A DNA stretch of 63,450 nt, filler included, from Rhabdomonas costata (GCA_019059605.1; 25 parts of 25 records of this genome joined end to end with filler, not necessarily neighbours in it), one strand, 5' to 3'; positions 38,254 through 53,058 are shown, counted from the whole stretch's first letter. Notes: generated from the letters alone by a model not told the origin. Made by a program: numbers and translations.

Positions 38254-38930
38254 AGCTGGTGGCGGAGGAGGCCCAGGAAAAAGGTAAATGGCGACTAATG
38301 TCAGAAACTGGGTGTGTTAGGCCATGAACAAGGAAATCCGTTAGTCATTGAAAGGGGGCGCGGGGTATAACAAGTGCAGGGTTCATTTGTGGGTGTGGTC
38401 ATGTGGGTGTGTGCATGCTGGTCTTTTTGATCATCAGGGGCATCGGGCGGGATGTCACGGCGCAAAGTGCTGACTGGATGGCGGTGGTACTGACGGATGC
38501 GGCGCGCAGTGGCTGCTGCTTGGCTGCATGTTGGCGGCAGGTTGCAAAAAGCAAAGAGGATACCAGAAAGACAAGCAAATAAACACACACGCATGGAAGG
38601 GTGGTGCAGCAGTGGCGTGGAGTGCCTGAAAACGCAAATAGCATGAACAGGGTTGCACAAAGTAGAGCACGGGAACAAAAACGGTCGTCACGGTGCGTGT
38701 GGTGTCGCTGAACGGGTTACCCTATCCCGAGGTAAAACTTTACACTACCATCCAATTAGGTAATGGTTCACATCCACCAGTTCCGTTACCGCATAGTGTT
38801 GGTGTGGGGCAGACCTTACCTTTACCCGGGGTGGCGGCTTTCCTCTGGGGCAGCCGTCAAACGAAAGGGGGAATACAAAATTTTACCACGGGTAGGAGTA
38901 CTAGCATCTTGGTTTATCCGTTCGCGAACT

Positions 38931-39566
38931 TCACCACTTGGTCGGGTGGTGGGTCATGTGATGTCTGCAGTGCCCGACAGGTGGTAATACGAGAGGCAAA
39001 CAATGGCAGAGAAGCTTCTTGAGAGCAACGGGAAAAGAACAGTGACAGGATAAGTGCGTGGATAAATTTGCAAGTGCTGTGCTTGCATTGTGTGGGTGGC
39101 GATGATAATATGGGGGTAATTTGAGAACAATTTGGAATTTCCTACACCAATTAAAGCTAACTACTAGTAGGTATGGGAGCACGGTGAAAGCAAGTAAAAG
39201 GGCTCGAGTTTGCGACGGAGATACTGCATACCTTTTATGGAGTTCTTGAATGAGCACTTGTACCTATAAATTGTATTTGTATGCACCAGTACCATCGAGG
39301 AGACAGACCGCATCATGAGGGTATATATGATACGGTCCAACAGTGTGAGTAACTTGCACAGGAAATGGATCGCTTGAGCCGCCACCAAAAAGCGCACATA
39401 TTTGTGGATTACTTGAAGTAATACAACAAATGATAGTGGCCTGAAACGTCTGGTTCTTGTTTAGATCATGAGGTCAATTTTTTGATTTTTTGAATGCAAC
39501 AAAAGGAGTTTGAGCTTGATTCCAAAATTTAGTTTGCTTTTCTGGAGATTCTGAGGCTAATAGCCA
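38931..39566 (-). pseudogene. Decayed intronless ORF, unrecognised
   Basis: About 210 codons in one frame with only two stops (WLLASESPEKQ...VGPYHIYPHDAVCLLDG...LIQELHKRY...). A further open frame lies at 40527-40090. Confidence 0.35.
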
Positions 39567-41305
39567 ACACCACTTCTCCAACTACCAGACCTCATCACAC
39601 CCATTTCTACACAATCAATGGATTTGGAGGCCATGTTGGATACTTCCTAAAACCTTCTCGGCTTCTATCCATAAGAGTGTGGCTACGGGGACAGCATTAT
39701 GTACTATGCATCTCCTCCTGAACCTCAGATCTTGTAGCAATCAAAGTCTTAGCATAGGTGGTGGCATCTAGGCACTCTGAATTGCCTGCTTTTGCGTGCA
39801 TTAACAACACCGAAACCTAGATGCGGATGAGTGTGTGTATGGTCGTGCGTGCGTGGTGTGCGGTACATAGAAGCCGGAGCATAACTTTTTTAAACTTCCT
39901 TTGACACTTCCCACATGTTCTGAATTTTCTATTCATCACATTTTAATCTGCTTAGTTTCATTTTCCTCAAATGTGCAAACCTGCGTGAACAGAACGTTTT
40001 GTGAACAAGTAATTGTGGGCCACATAGCATCAAACTTGATTTCTGGAGCTTCATCAACTGGATATTTCCATGGCTTTCTTTGACACGGCTTACTTTCTTT
40101 TGACATTCCACTTAGGCTCCTGAGACCTAGCTATGGCTCGCTGGTCTTGCTTGGTTGTAACAACCTCTTCCACCTCCAGTGCAGAAACCACGACCTGTGG
40201 ATGGGACTGTGTATTTGTTTCCGCACCGTGTGGAATGGTATCCAAAAAGACTCCAACATTATGGACTTTGGGACTGCTCGGGACGTCGCCTCCACCTTGC
40301 CATGCTATTTTGGGCTCGTGGAACGACATCTGAACGTTCTGCGGTGGAGCAATCAACTGTTTCACCGGGGCAACTTTCCCTTGCTCTGCCTCCAACATTC
40401 CTGTGGTGGGGCATGTGATTCGAAATGACGCCTTTGCTCTCTGCTGGCGTCGCCTTTCTGAAACGGGGGCGTGGGTGCCAACCACTTTTCGATTTACCAA
40501 GCCGCTTCGGCGTAAATCTGGCGACATCTGGGGGCACTACTCTGCAGACCATGGGGGTTCAGGATGATTTTGTGGCTCGTGAAGGCTGCTTTAGGCACAG
40601 GGGNNNNNNNNNNNNNNNNNNNNNNNNNNNNNNNNNNNNNNNNNNNNTTAATTAATTAANNNNNNNNNNNNNNNNNNNNNNNNNNNNNNNNNNNNNNNNN
40701 NNNTATGGCTGATCGAAGGTCTTAACACACTCTCCTAGCTCCTACTGAACTCCTACTCTCTCAACTCCTGACTGAAGCTAACTCTAAAGACAGTTCTATT
40801 AACGCTTGCACGCTTGCGCTCAAATTTCCAAAAATACTTAAAAAAAAAGACTCTTCAATGAGGCTCCCAAGCCGTGAACTACAGGAGACATTTCGGTTTA
40901 GTTTCCAGGGAAAGAGGGATCAGCGCTGGTAGTTGCCCATCCATATAAAAACGCCAAAGATTCTAGCCTTCGCTTGTTTGCGCACATGAACGAGATTCTT
41001 CTCCACCTCTCTCTATTCTATTTACGGCCAGCATTTTGCTTATCTTATATAGAGATACTGGATCATTCAGTGACTCGGCGACACGTCACAGCCCCTGTTA
41101 CCAGTTGGAATCATTGTATTCATAAAATCACAGGAAGCCTCCCTTCTCTTTCTGGGAAGCGAGAAATCAAGCATGCAAAACCCCTTGGGGGATGGGAGAA
41201 GTCCGGATCACACTTTTTATGCTGCGAAGGTGAAAACTATACAATGTAAATGGCACTCTACTGATGCACAAGAGTTCCAGTTCGGTTTTTAGTTTTCAAT
41301 GCTAA

Positions 41306-42970
<1,665 letters not shown>

Positions 42971-44058
42971 GAAATGGGAAGCCCGTCCCGTGCAGGAACG
43001 TGTGCAGGGCTCTCACAGAGGCCGTGCTGCCCACTTCCACAGGTTCTCGGCGGACTTTCTTCCTGTACCCGCGAAATTTCGTGTTTGCGACGAAGACTAC
43101 CCCAAACCCCACGAGTACCGTGCGTTTTCTTTGGACGGAATCANNNNNNNNNNNNNNNNNNNNNNNNNNNNNNNNNNNNNNNNNNNNTTAATTAATTAAN
43201 NNNNNNNNNNNNNNNNNNNNNNNNNNNNNNNNNNNNNNNNNNNTGTTGGTTTTTGCGAGGTTTGTCTGAGTGTGCACCCGGCGGCCGAAAGCCCTTTGCT
43301 TGGGCCCCGTGGTTTCGATAAACCCTCCCGCTGGGAAAACAGGGTGAAAGACCGACCACTCGGCATTTTCCAAAAGGAAAGACGCGGGGCTTGCTTCGAG
43401 TTTCGCCCCAGGACTTTCCGGCCCAAGGCATGCAAACACGTAGAGCAAGTGGTGAATCCGCATTTTTTGGGGAACAAGCAGGCGAGTAAAATCGGAATGG
43501 GATGGAGGCCTTTCCTTTTCTTTTGTGAGCGCTGACTCTGTGGAATGCACACAAGCCATCCATACACTGTGTTTACTGTCGACCTCTTTTATGCGCGATT
43601 GAAGCCTTTGGTTATCTGGTATGGTTCTGGTGGGGTTTGGGGAATGATCTTAGGACTATCAACTCTGTGTGACGCTGACCTCGAAAGTCGACATCAACAT
43701 CGAGAATTGCGTGGCGACTGTTTCGGTGAGCTGCTTCCCCTCCATCAACTCTTTCCTCTCACTCCACCTCGCAAACTGACGCGGTCTTGCCAACAACAAC
43801 AAAGTGAACTCTTCGTCAGGAGAACAACCTGTGTGAAAACTCAACAAGCTTGCGTTATATTCTTCCAAAGCGAGTAAGAAGTCACAATGAAGCAAAATCG
43901 TCATCTTTCGGCAGGCATCGACTTCGACGTCGACATCATCCGGCCAAAACCGCGTGCTGCCCCCTCCCACACACACATACACGCACCTGCATATCCTGCG
44001 TCTGACGGATAATCCTCACCACTAACACGACACCTGAGACTGGTCTCACAATTTTCAG

Positions 44059-45467
44059 AACGTCAATGGGACTGCTGGACGCATCACTCTGAAGGTCACC
44101 CACTACCCAGTCCTGGAACAAAACGACACCGTGTTCAAGGTGCACTTCAACACGATCGGCCCAAAGCAGGTTCGACTCTGCGGTGTCCTTTCCGCGCGCC
44201 ACACTCAGAAACAGGCAACTTGGGATCTTGGGTGCTCTGTCTTTTCCCCCACAGCAACGAAAGATTTTGATTCAAGGAAAGGACGTTGGGTGCGCCACGT
44301 TTACGGTGACCATTCAAGACAGTGTGCAGCGGTGGAAAGAGAACGGTTTGTCTCGTTCTTTTCTGGAGTTCGGCACTTCTTGCTTTCCTTCGATCTGTCC
44401 TTAACCCCGTGCACCTTGCGCCACAGCGAAGCTGCAGCCTCGGCTGCTCTCTGCAATTGCACAAAAGATTTCTGTTCAGGACAGTGATCTGCACGTGCTG
44501 CAAGTGCTCAAGTCCACTGACGGTGCTTTTCCCCCTCCCCCGCCCCCACATCTTCGGGTTTCATTTTTGTTTACTTTGATTTCACCACACATGTTCACCA
44601 GCCAAAATGCTGTTTCACAAGCCTTCATTCCTGAAACACCGGCAACTGTTTTCTGTATTCTTCAAGCTGTTGCCATGGTGAGGTGGGTGGGGGTTACAGA
44701 GGACAACGATTGTGTGGTTTGCCTGCTTAAGCTGTTCGCGCCGCGGGCGCGGGCGCTGCTTCGGGTGCTTCGGAAGTACCAGCGTTGCATGGACTTCCAG
44801 CTGCTCAACGTGGTGGACATCCGAGGTTGCCAATAATATTTATGGCCCTTTCCATTTTCTTGGATGAAGATGCGCACCCCTTGTTATTGGCCAGTCTGGT
44901 TTTTCTTGGCGCCCCAGCAGGGGTTCCTCCAGTCCGTGACGGTAGCTCCACAAACTCAGCTTTTCATGAGTTCATTGAGCGGTATTATCATTTCCTGAGG
45001 TTGACAGTCGAGGTCGACCCGTGCAAGCGAGTAACTCGAAGAAGGGTTGAAAACCTTTACCATGCGAGACAAACTCTTCGAAACAGCGGTAGTAGTGCAG
45101 CGGTAGGAGTGTATGAAGGATCGCGTCAGAGCTGGATATTGTTGCGATTTCACGGGTGAGCGTTGGACAAAGATGGCTCAGATAGAATATATTGTTCACC
45201 TCAGAGGGGATCCCCGCGGAGTGCGTGGCGCAGTACGGGCAGCCTGAGATGGGCATCAGTGTGAGCAGCAGCCTAGTCATGGAGAACTCCAATTTCTCCC
45301 CAAACAACTCCATCCTTAGCACCTCGGCGACGGCCGAGGCCAACCCAGCTGACTCGGCAGACAAGTCTCTGCAGGCTGAAGATGCTTCCGTGGATGAAGC
45401 CTCGGCAGTGGCCGCAGGAGAGCCCGTGCGAAAGTGCAGAAAGATCACCTTCTCATCAATGAACAGG
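44059..45467 (+). CDS. Hypothetical spliced protein, internal exons
   Basis: Exons 44059-44169, 44732-44825 and 45205-45467 have GT-AG ends and consistent phases (0/1). No family recognised. Confidence 0.55.
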
Positions 45468-46822
45468 GTGTGTATTGTGTGATGCCCTAAACTGGGCAGT
45501 GGGGGGGGGGGATCACATTGGGCGGTTTTCAGGATAGTTCTGGATGAAGTCATTATGCTTGGGGTTCTCATACATTTTGTATTCGCGCTGCATGATGTTT
45601 CCCTAAACAACAGCACACTGACCGCTTGGTATCGCCATACATGAGCTGGGAAGGGAGTGTATTGATGGGTGGCCAACAACAANNNNNNNNNNNNNNNNNN
45701 NNNNNNNNNNNNNNNNNNNNNNNNNNTTAATTAATTAANNNNNNNNNNNNNNNNNNNNNNNNNNNNNNNNNNNNNNNNNNNNGTTGTTTGTTCTGCGTCC
45801 TTGCTTTTGTATGTCAGTGTGCGGGTGTACCTCTACAGGTTTCAGAGACTGTCGTTTTGCGGGTGAGAGAGCGCGCGTGCTTGAGTGAGTGGGCGGGAAG
45901 GAGGCTCGCCGAAGAGAAGAGGTCCTTCCTACTCCTCCCCCTTGTTCACTTGGCTTGCGACGAAAAGAGGAGAAAACGCCGCGGCTGCGCTCTCTTGTGC
46001 CTTACTCTCCTTTTTTTGTGCTCTTTGTGTTCCATTTTTTGTGGGGTGTTGTGAATTTCTGTGTTTGCGAAAGAACTTCTGACTTGCATGTCGTTGTGTG
46101 TGTGCCCGTGGTTTCAGCTCACTTCAGCTTTGTGTTGCAACGCGAATGTGAGCAGGGCAGCGTAGCACTTGGGGGCCTTGTTTCCTCCTGTTAGATCCAC
46201 CGCTGCGGTGTGGCAAAAATGGAAAGAATGGTTGTGCTGGATTCAATCAAGCGGTTTCCCGGCCCAACGGATTCGCCGAAGTCGCCATAACCTTTTTCAC
46301 CGTTGCGGGAGATTCTGGTTTTGGATTTAAGCTTGTTTGTCGTTCCCGCTTGAATGGCCCCTGCCGGCGTTGGGTTCAACGCAGTCTCCTCCTTCAGCCT
46401 GAATATTTTTTGCCTTCGTGGGTTATGCTCGTCAACGAGGCGCTCAGTGTGGGCTACCACCCGTCCTCTTCCTCGGCTTACCTTTGTGGACTCGTGTGGG
46501 TTGGGAACCTCTCTGGGACTGCGCCGGTCCCGAGTTGGCGCCGTGCCATTCCCCCTCGTTAGAATACTAGTCAACTAACTAATCCATGGTTGTGGTGTGG
46601 TGGGCTTTTGGTAGATGCTGGACGCGTCTTTGGGGGTAGTCGCTCGTGATTCGTTACCACTGAAACTGACAGCGAAGTTTTGCCAGTGCCCGGGCCAGAG
46701 GTATGCCCTTTTCGAGCCCGGAGGGAGGGTTCGAATCCAAGTTCCCCCTTTGTCTGCCTGGGATCCCTCCCACAGATCAATTTTTTTGTGTCAAGGGTTA
46801 CCATTTTTCCCTCACTGCGAGA

Positions 46823-48217
46823 ATGAAGGGCCGAAGGCGCGACAGAGTCAGAGCAATCAGCAGGTCCACGCCGACAGACAAGATTTCCATGCTTCCCAAG
46901 GACACTCTGGTTTGCAGCTTTCAGTTCCTGGGACAAAAGTCTCAGGTGATGCTGCGGCTGGTATGCCGGGAGTTCCGAGCGCTGGTGGATGAGGTGTTCG
47001 CCCCTAAGTGGAAGGTTGCGTTTCGTATCCCCGGGATCCTCGATGCCCGTCTCAAGAAGACGATAACGCCTGGGAAGATCCGCCTGGGCTGCTTGGCTGT
47101 GGAGATTTCGGTGGAAGGACGTGGCTTGTTGAGGCATCTCTTAAGCATGGCTGGCGAAATGTTTGCAGCAAAGGCATCCCCGTCCCTTCTGTTTCCGAAC
47201 ATCAGGTCTTTGACTGTTCATCAAAAAAGGTTGTTCGATTTAGACTTGAAATCTCTTGCCGCTTCACCGGTTTTTCCGCAACTGACGTCCATGTGCTTGC
47301 GCGACAACCAGATCCGGACTGCAGGAATGCAAGCATTGGCCGCATCATCTCTCTTTCCTAATCTCACGTCCTTGGATTTGGCCGGTAACTGCATCGAGGC
47401 TATGGGTGTAGACGCACTTGCTTCTTCTTCTTTCTTTCCCAAGCTCACCTCCTTGGATTTGGCTGAGAACGAGATTGGTGATTGGGGAATTCAAGCCTTG
47501 GTCGCTTCGTCTTCCTTTCCCAACCTGACATCCTTGAATGTGGGCAACGGGAAGATCGGGACTGAAGGATTGCGAGCCCTTGCTGCTTCATCGTTCTTTC
47601 CCAAGATCACCTCGCTGGTTGTCCGCGACAACCCGGTCGGGTTCGCGGCAATCGAAGCTCTAGCGAGTGCTTCTTTCTGTTCCACGCTGACCCTTTTGGA
47701 TGTCAACCACACTCTCTCCGGGTCTCGAGGGATGCAAGCGCTCGCAGCTTCAGCATCCCTTTCCAGTCTCACGTCTTTGGATATGGGCAGCAACTGGGTG
47801 CCGTGTTCTGGAATGCAGGCCCTTGCGGCCTCGTCGTTCTTTCCCAACCTCACGATTTTGGCACTGTGTAAGAACAACATCTGTGCTGCAGGAATGGAAG
47901 CCTTCGCTGCGTCATCGTTGTTTTCCAAGCTGACGTGCTTGGATTTGGCTCAGAACGAAATCCGGGATGCAGGAATTCAAGCCCTCGCGGCTTCTTCGTT
48001 CTTTCCCCACCTCACGTCTTTGAACGTACGTGCCAATAGGATTGGGGCTTTAGGAATGCAAGCACTTGCTGCTTCGACGTTTTTTCCCAAGCTCACGTGT
48101 TTGAATGTAGGGAATAACAAGATCCGGGCTTCAGGAATACAAACACTTGCCTCGTCAGCGGTTTTCCCCAACCTCACGTCCCTGGGTTTGGTTTTCAACC
48201 GGATCGAGGCTGATGGG
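46823..48217 (+). CDS. Intronless F-box + leucine-rich repeat protein (27-aa repeats), 3'-truncated
   Basis: F-box-like LPKDTLVCSFQFLGQKSQVMLRLVCREFRALV, then 11 full and 1 partial repeats of LAASSxFPxLTSLxLxxNxIxxxGxxA. The ORF is open from 46703. ATG 46823 follows a pyrimidine tract + AG and is my preferred start. Confidence 0.9.
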
Positions 48218-48425
48218 ANNNNNNNNNNNNNNNNNNNNNNNNNNNNNNNNNNNNNNNNNNNNTTAATTAATTAANNNNNNNNNNNNNNNNNNNNNNNNNN
48301 NNNNNNNNNNNNNNNNNNGGTGGTGGGGCAAGACGTATGTTACAGTTTCTGTGTGGTCACCAGCAAAATTGTGGCTTACTTTCATACTTTCCTTCCTCTT
48401 TCGTTATTTCGTTTCTTGTGTTTAG

Positions 48426-49134
48426 TGACCAAGGAAGCAGGGAAAACCTTATGGGAATTTATTATCCGGGAGCAAGTTACGCCTTCCTACGAGTTGGCTG
48501 CGGCGATTCTGACTTATTGTGCCCGAACAAAGGACATTGCTCTTGCGGCTGAGGTCAGTCGCTGAAGAACTGAGTGTTGAGAGATTTGTTTATCGATTTC
48601 TTTCTGAACTTTTGTCCTCCCCACGTTCTTTTGGTGAAGGTCTGGAACAAGTTCTGCACTGAAGCACCTTGGCTTCAAGAAGGGCAACCCGACCCGCTTC
48701 CCGAACCATCTCCACGGAAGACGCTGGCAGACCTTTCATTGCTCGAGCTCTACTCCTTGCCCGTCTGGATGAAACTTCCCGATTTGAATCCAAACCTTCG
48801 CTTGGAAGAGGCGAATCGTTGGAATGTTACGCGAGGTACTCTGTTTTGCCAGTGCGTCACCTGGGCGTGGGCGTGGTGAACTTGGACCTGCGGAAATATG
48901 ACTCCAAGACATCATTCTCCCTCTGCCGTACCGGAGTGTGAAATTGCAAAAGGATCACCTCAAGCAAAATGATAGACGATTGCACCCGCTCAAATCGGTC
49001 AGCTGTCCTAGTGGAGTCCTGTGTAAGAGACCTCTCTGTCTACAACAGTTCATTCAGCTGTTCGACAGATCTCACCCCTTTCACCTCACACTCTCTCAGA
49101 TGTCTACCTGGCGATGATTCGAGTGCTTTTGGCA
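48426..49134 (+). CDS. Helical-repeat (PPR-like) protein, internal exons
   Basis: Exons 48426-48553, 48640-48835 and 49100-49134 are in phase. VTPSYELAAAILTYCARTKDIALAAEVWNKF resembles a PPR helix pair. Confidence 0.6.
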
Positions 49135-51263
49135 GTTCCGGACCGCGATGCCGCCTCGAACCTATTTCATATCCTTGAGCAGAAGGTGCTTCTTCGTGTT
49201 TCCGTCATTCCTCTCCTTGGCGAGAAGTCGCCGCTAAATGGCGCTGCAAGGCTATAAAAAAGCTCAACGTTCGAAAAAGCTCAACCTCCACCCGCTATCA
49301 ATACAACTCTCTCAGTTCCCAACCACAATCAAACACGGGTCGGACCCAAAGGACGAGAGAGAGGGAAGAGCGAGACAGCCATCTTCCCCAGCTTACTCAT
49401 GCTTTACCCGAGCCTCACAGTACATGTATCGCACTTATTCTCCATCATGCACAGCCTATTTTCCAACTTTCCCAACTTTCGGAACCCACCCCACCTTCAC
49501 ATCTTCCGAAGCGAAGCAGAGAGACTCTGCCACGGCACTGTGCTGTACGTCTATCAGGGTCACTGAGTGACTGAGTGAGGAGATTTAATTTGGTGCGTGC
49601 GAAACAACTGTTTGCTAAGCACACTCCAAAGCAAACGGGAAGTGTTCTGACCAGCTTCTTTGTGTTGTTAACGCTGAAACGTCCGGAGAAAGAGCGCGAA
49701 CCACGCTCGCCGTCCTCAAATTTGACTTGTGACACACTTTTGGTGTTCCATGAAGGCCACTCCCACCTCTGGAAGCTTTGGTCTAAATTTGGCGCTAATT
49801 GGCATTTCGACAACTCCCAATAGTGCAACAGAACAACCGCACGCCTCCTCCGATTGCCTGCCTTTCCCGATACACCTGCTCTTGCTTGGCCGTGGTTCCT
49901 GAGTCTCATAGATATGCTCGTCTTCATCGCCACCATTCTCCTCCTCGTCAAAAGTGGAGCCGAGCTGTCAACAGATTACAACAAAGACTCCCTAACTCCT
50001 CTTCACACTTAATGTGTAGATCCAAAACGAAAGGCCCGGGCGAGCACAACGCAAAGCACAATGCAGAAAGAAGAGGGGGGTTCCCAGGAGAACTGGATGA
50101 AAAACAGTTGCATATCGGGAACAGAAACCCACCAAGTGCGACGCTTTGTACAGTGCAAAGAAAAAAGGCACGGATGAATAACAGTCAGCAGATAATTCCA
50201 TCACATACATGGAGCGGTACTAACATGGACGTGGGCGAGGGAAATGGGATGGATGGGTCAGATGGCGGGCCGGACCAACGGGCCTGGTGCCCCAAAGCGC
50301 ACTACACGGGCAGGAGGGGGGCAGCCAAGTCCTTTGCTTCTTTTTCGTTTCTATTGACGATGTTCCATTTTGCCCTTTGTTTCACCCTGCCTTGGGCTGA
50401 GTTTTCCATTGACGAAAGAGCGGGCATGGACAAGGGCAAAACAAGCGCAACCCTCATCTTGCCTGCCCCCCCACATACAAAAGAAAGCTCCCGGCAAAGG
50501 GTTGTTGCCATTTCCAGCACCGCAACCAACGACTTGGGTTCCGAAGCTTTCACCCAGGCGTTGAGCTTCTCGCACCACGGGGAGAGCTCTGGACTGGCAC
50601 TTGATACTTCCTTTGATGGGAACAAATAGGCACCAAACGCTGGCAATGCACACAGTTGAAATTTACGGTTAAATTGCCACAGGATCCTGTGGAACTTTCG
50701 GTTCGAATCCACTGTGCATTCCTCTCAAAACACTGCGTTTTCGCTCGCACACAAACACNNNNNNNNNNNNNNNNNNNNNNNNNNNNNNNNNNNNNNNNNN
50801 NNTTAATTAATTAANNNNNNNNNNNNNNNNNNNNNNNNNNNNNNNNNNNNNNNNNNNNGTGGGGGGTGGCAAGGCGAACGAGATATGCGATCGTCGAACT
50901 CACAACTCAGCGCCAGAGCAGAGTCTTTGACTAACCCCCGATGTGGAGAGAGCACTCCTTTGGAAAACTCACCCTTGGCCACCACGGGGATTTTGAGAAG
51001 CGGGTTTTTCGTCCTTCCAACCTTGGGTGCACCCCCGTTATCTGGTTCCCTTTCAGCCTGCCGCCTGATTCACTTTTCTGCCTCCCCTTTGACCCTTTAT
51101 AACCACAGAGAAGCATAAACAGCAACGCCCCTGCCCAACTTCCACAGCTGCGTGAAAACCTGGGATTTCAAGTTAAGAAGGGTGACGGCCACAGGACACC
51201 CTGGGACCAATGAAGGTACCTAGTGACTTGGACTCCGAGGTCCAAGGCATCCTGGAAAACGTT

Positions 51264-51345
51264 GAGGACATCTGCATCGCCTCCTAAACCCTTCAAAAGC
51301 TTCTATTGGAATCCCACGGGATATTTGCATGCCCTCTACCCCTGC
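51264..51345 (-). repeat. Dispersed dimeric ~50-bp repeat, copy A (in CAX intron)
   Basis: Minus strand: GCAGGGGTAGAGGGCATGCAAATATCCCGTGGGA...GAAGGGTTTAGGAGGCGATGCAGATGTCCTC. Confidence 0.7.
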
Positions 51346-51414
51346 CAGCCTTTCATCGAACACACCCTGAGGACTTTGAAGGAGCAAAGCACACACACAC
51401 ACAAGGGGGCACAC

Positions 51415-52932
51415 CCCATCATCGCCAGCATCAGCACGGAGATGTACACCCGCACCACCTCGGACTTGAACCGGCTGACCAGGGCCTCTTTGCTCTGGAA
51501 GCTGGCCTGCTCCCACCGCAAGCCCCCAGCCACCATGGCCGTGCCCAGCACCAGCATCATGTTGCCCAGAACAGAGCCAATCAGCGAGTTCTTGATCACC
51601 TGCCGCACAGGGATTCACCGTTCCAAGTTGAAAGAGAAGCGCCAGTGCCCAATTTTACCACATTGTCCAGGACACGAATAATCAGTCTTCGACGGATGCA
51701 CGTGCATCGTGCACGTGCATCATAGCGAAGAACATACCAAAAAAATACGAAAGGAAAATAACGACATAAATAAGGCGCCATGCATTATGGGACCCCCCCT
51801 ATTTTCGATGTATTTTTCGGACCCAAGGGTTCGTACACAGGACAGTCCACAAAGATATAAATCAACATGGGGATAGCTCAATCCATGCCGAAATGCAGAA
51901 CGAGGCCCCGTGGCATGCGCCCTTTCCTGGAAGAATGGAATACACTCTGCATGGCAAACTTATGGGGAAGTGCAGGTGGGAATGCTGGAGATGGAAACGC
52001 ACACGATTTGACCACCCTTTGACCACCACATCGAGTGATGCTTCAGCACAAACCGGGCGAAACGGAAGGGAAGAGTGGTGCGCATACGATGTACATCTTG
52101 CTCTTCAAGGCGAAGATGGAGATGATCATCTCTGTGGCATTCCCAAAGCTGGCGTTTAAAAGGGCCCCCGTGGCGTCACTGGAGCGCAGAGCCAGGTCCT
52201 CCGTGAACACCCCCAGCTGGGAGGGAGATCAGTGGGACCCATTAAAACCCCCTGGTGGCAGCACAACACCTGGTAACACCTGGTGGATGTATAGACTCTT
52301 GCAAGGATAGGATCCACAAACGCGGTTCAGCAAAGTCCAACTGGACCATTCCAGTCGCCCAGTAGCCGTTCTCTCACTCCTTCATTAAGGCTGAGCAGCG
52401 TGGAAAATGCTGAAGAGAAATGGGGTGGGAGACCGGAACCGGATGCTTGAAAACGGGATACGCTCTCCAGCTCTCAAGCTCCCGCCGTGATTAGTGGCAG
52501 GCAGAATTGTGGGAAAGGGGTGACCTCTGTCGGGCGGGAACAGAAACCGCCCACGACGCCGCGCTGCACTGTTGTGAAGTGAAAGCTTTGTTTCTACTGA
52601 AGACGTCCCCGTTCGCTTCTGTTTCGCATCGCAAGCATGTGGATGAGTGAGACGAAGACCACCACAGAAAAAAAGGAAGCGTTTCCTCTGAATCTTCGCT
52701 CCTCACGCTCCGTGCGGGTGCACACCATGTGGGCCAATGGGATCAGTGATAAGAAGGCCGAAGAAAACACCGCGCCGGCCGAGAACTCACCAAGCCACAG
52801 GAACACGCTCAGCGGCACAAACACCAGCAGAACGTTGAACTGGCTGCTCGTCAGCAGGCTCCACAGCTGCGTCCCCACGCTGGGTGTGGGCTTGGGAAAT
52901 TCGATCGTACAGACTCTCCTGGCATCTTCAAT
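51415..52932 (-). CDS. Ca2+/H+ exchanger (CAX family), internal exons
   Basis: Exons ~52932-52726, 52216-52088 and 51599-51415. Motifs NVLLVFVP, LIPLA, TEDLA...GALLNASFGNATEMII (alpha-1 repeat) and SLIGSVLGNMMLVLG. Confidence 0.95.
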
Positions 52933-53022
52933 CTCAGCGGTGACAAGGGAAGGGGAAGCCCCAAAAAACCAGACCTTCACCTCTCTCTAAGGTTAAGCGT
53001 TAGCTTGTAAGCGTTAATTAGT

Positions 53023-53058
53023 TAACCCTAATCCTAATCCTAACCCAAACCCTAACCC
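53023..53058 (-). repeat. Degenerate interstitial (TTAGGG)n telomere-like repeat, 6 units
   Basis: Plus strand reads TAACCC TAATCC TAATCC TAACCC AAACCC TAACCC. Confidence 0.7.

Noticed and set aside
46729..46740. GGTTCGAATCC B-box (also ~50700) as tRNA or SINE
   Set aside because: I could not find an A-box at proper spacing or fold a cloverleaf. tRNAscan-SE would settle it.
51218..51252. Apparent extra CAX exon (DALDLGVQVTR)
   Set aside because: The phase does not match the previous exon, and the sequence aligns with the tail of the dispersed repeat (copy C).
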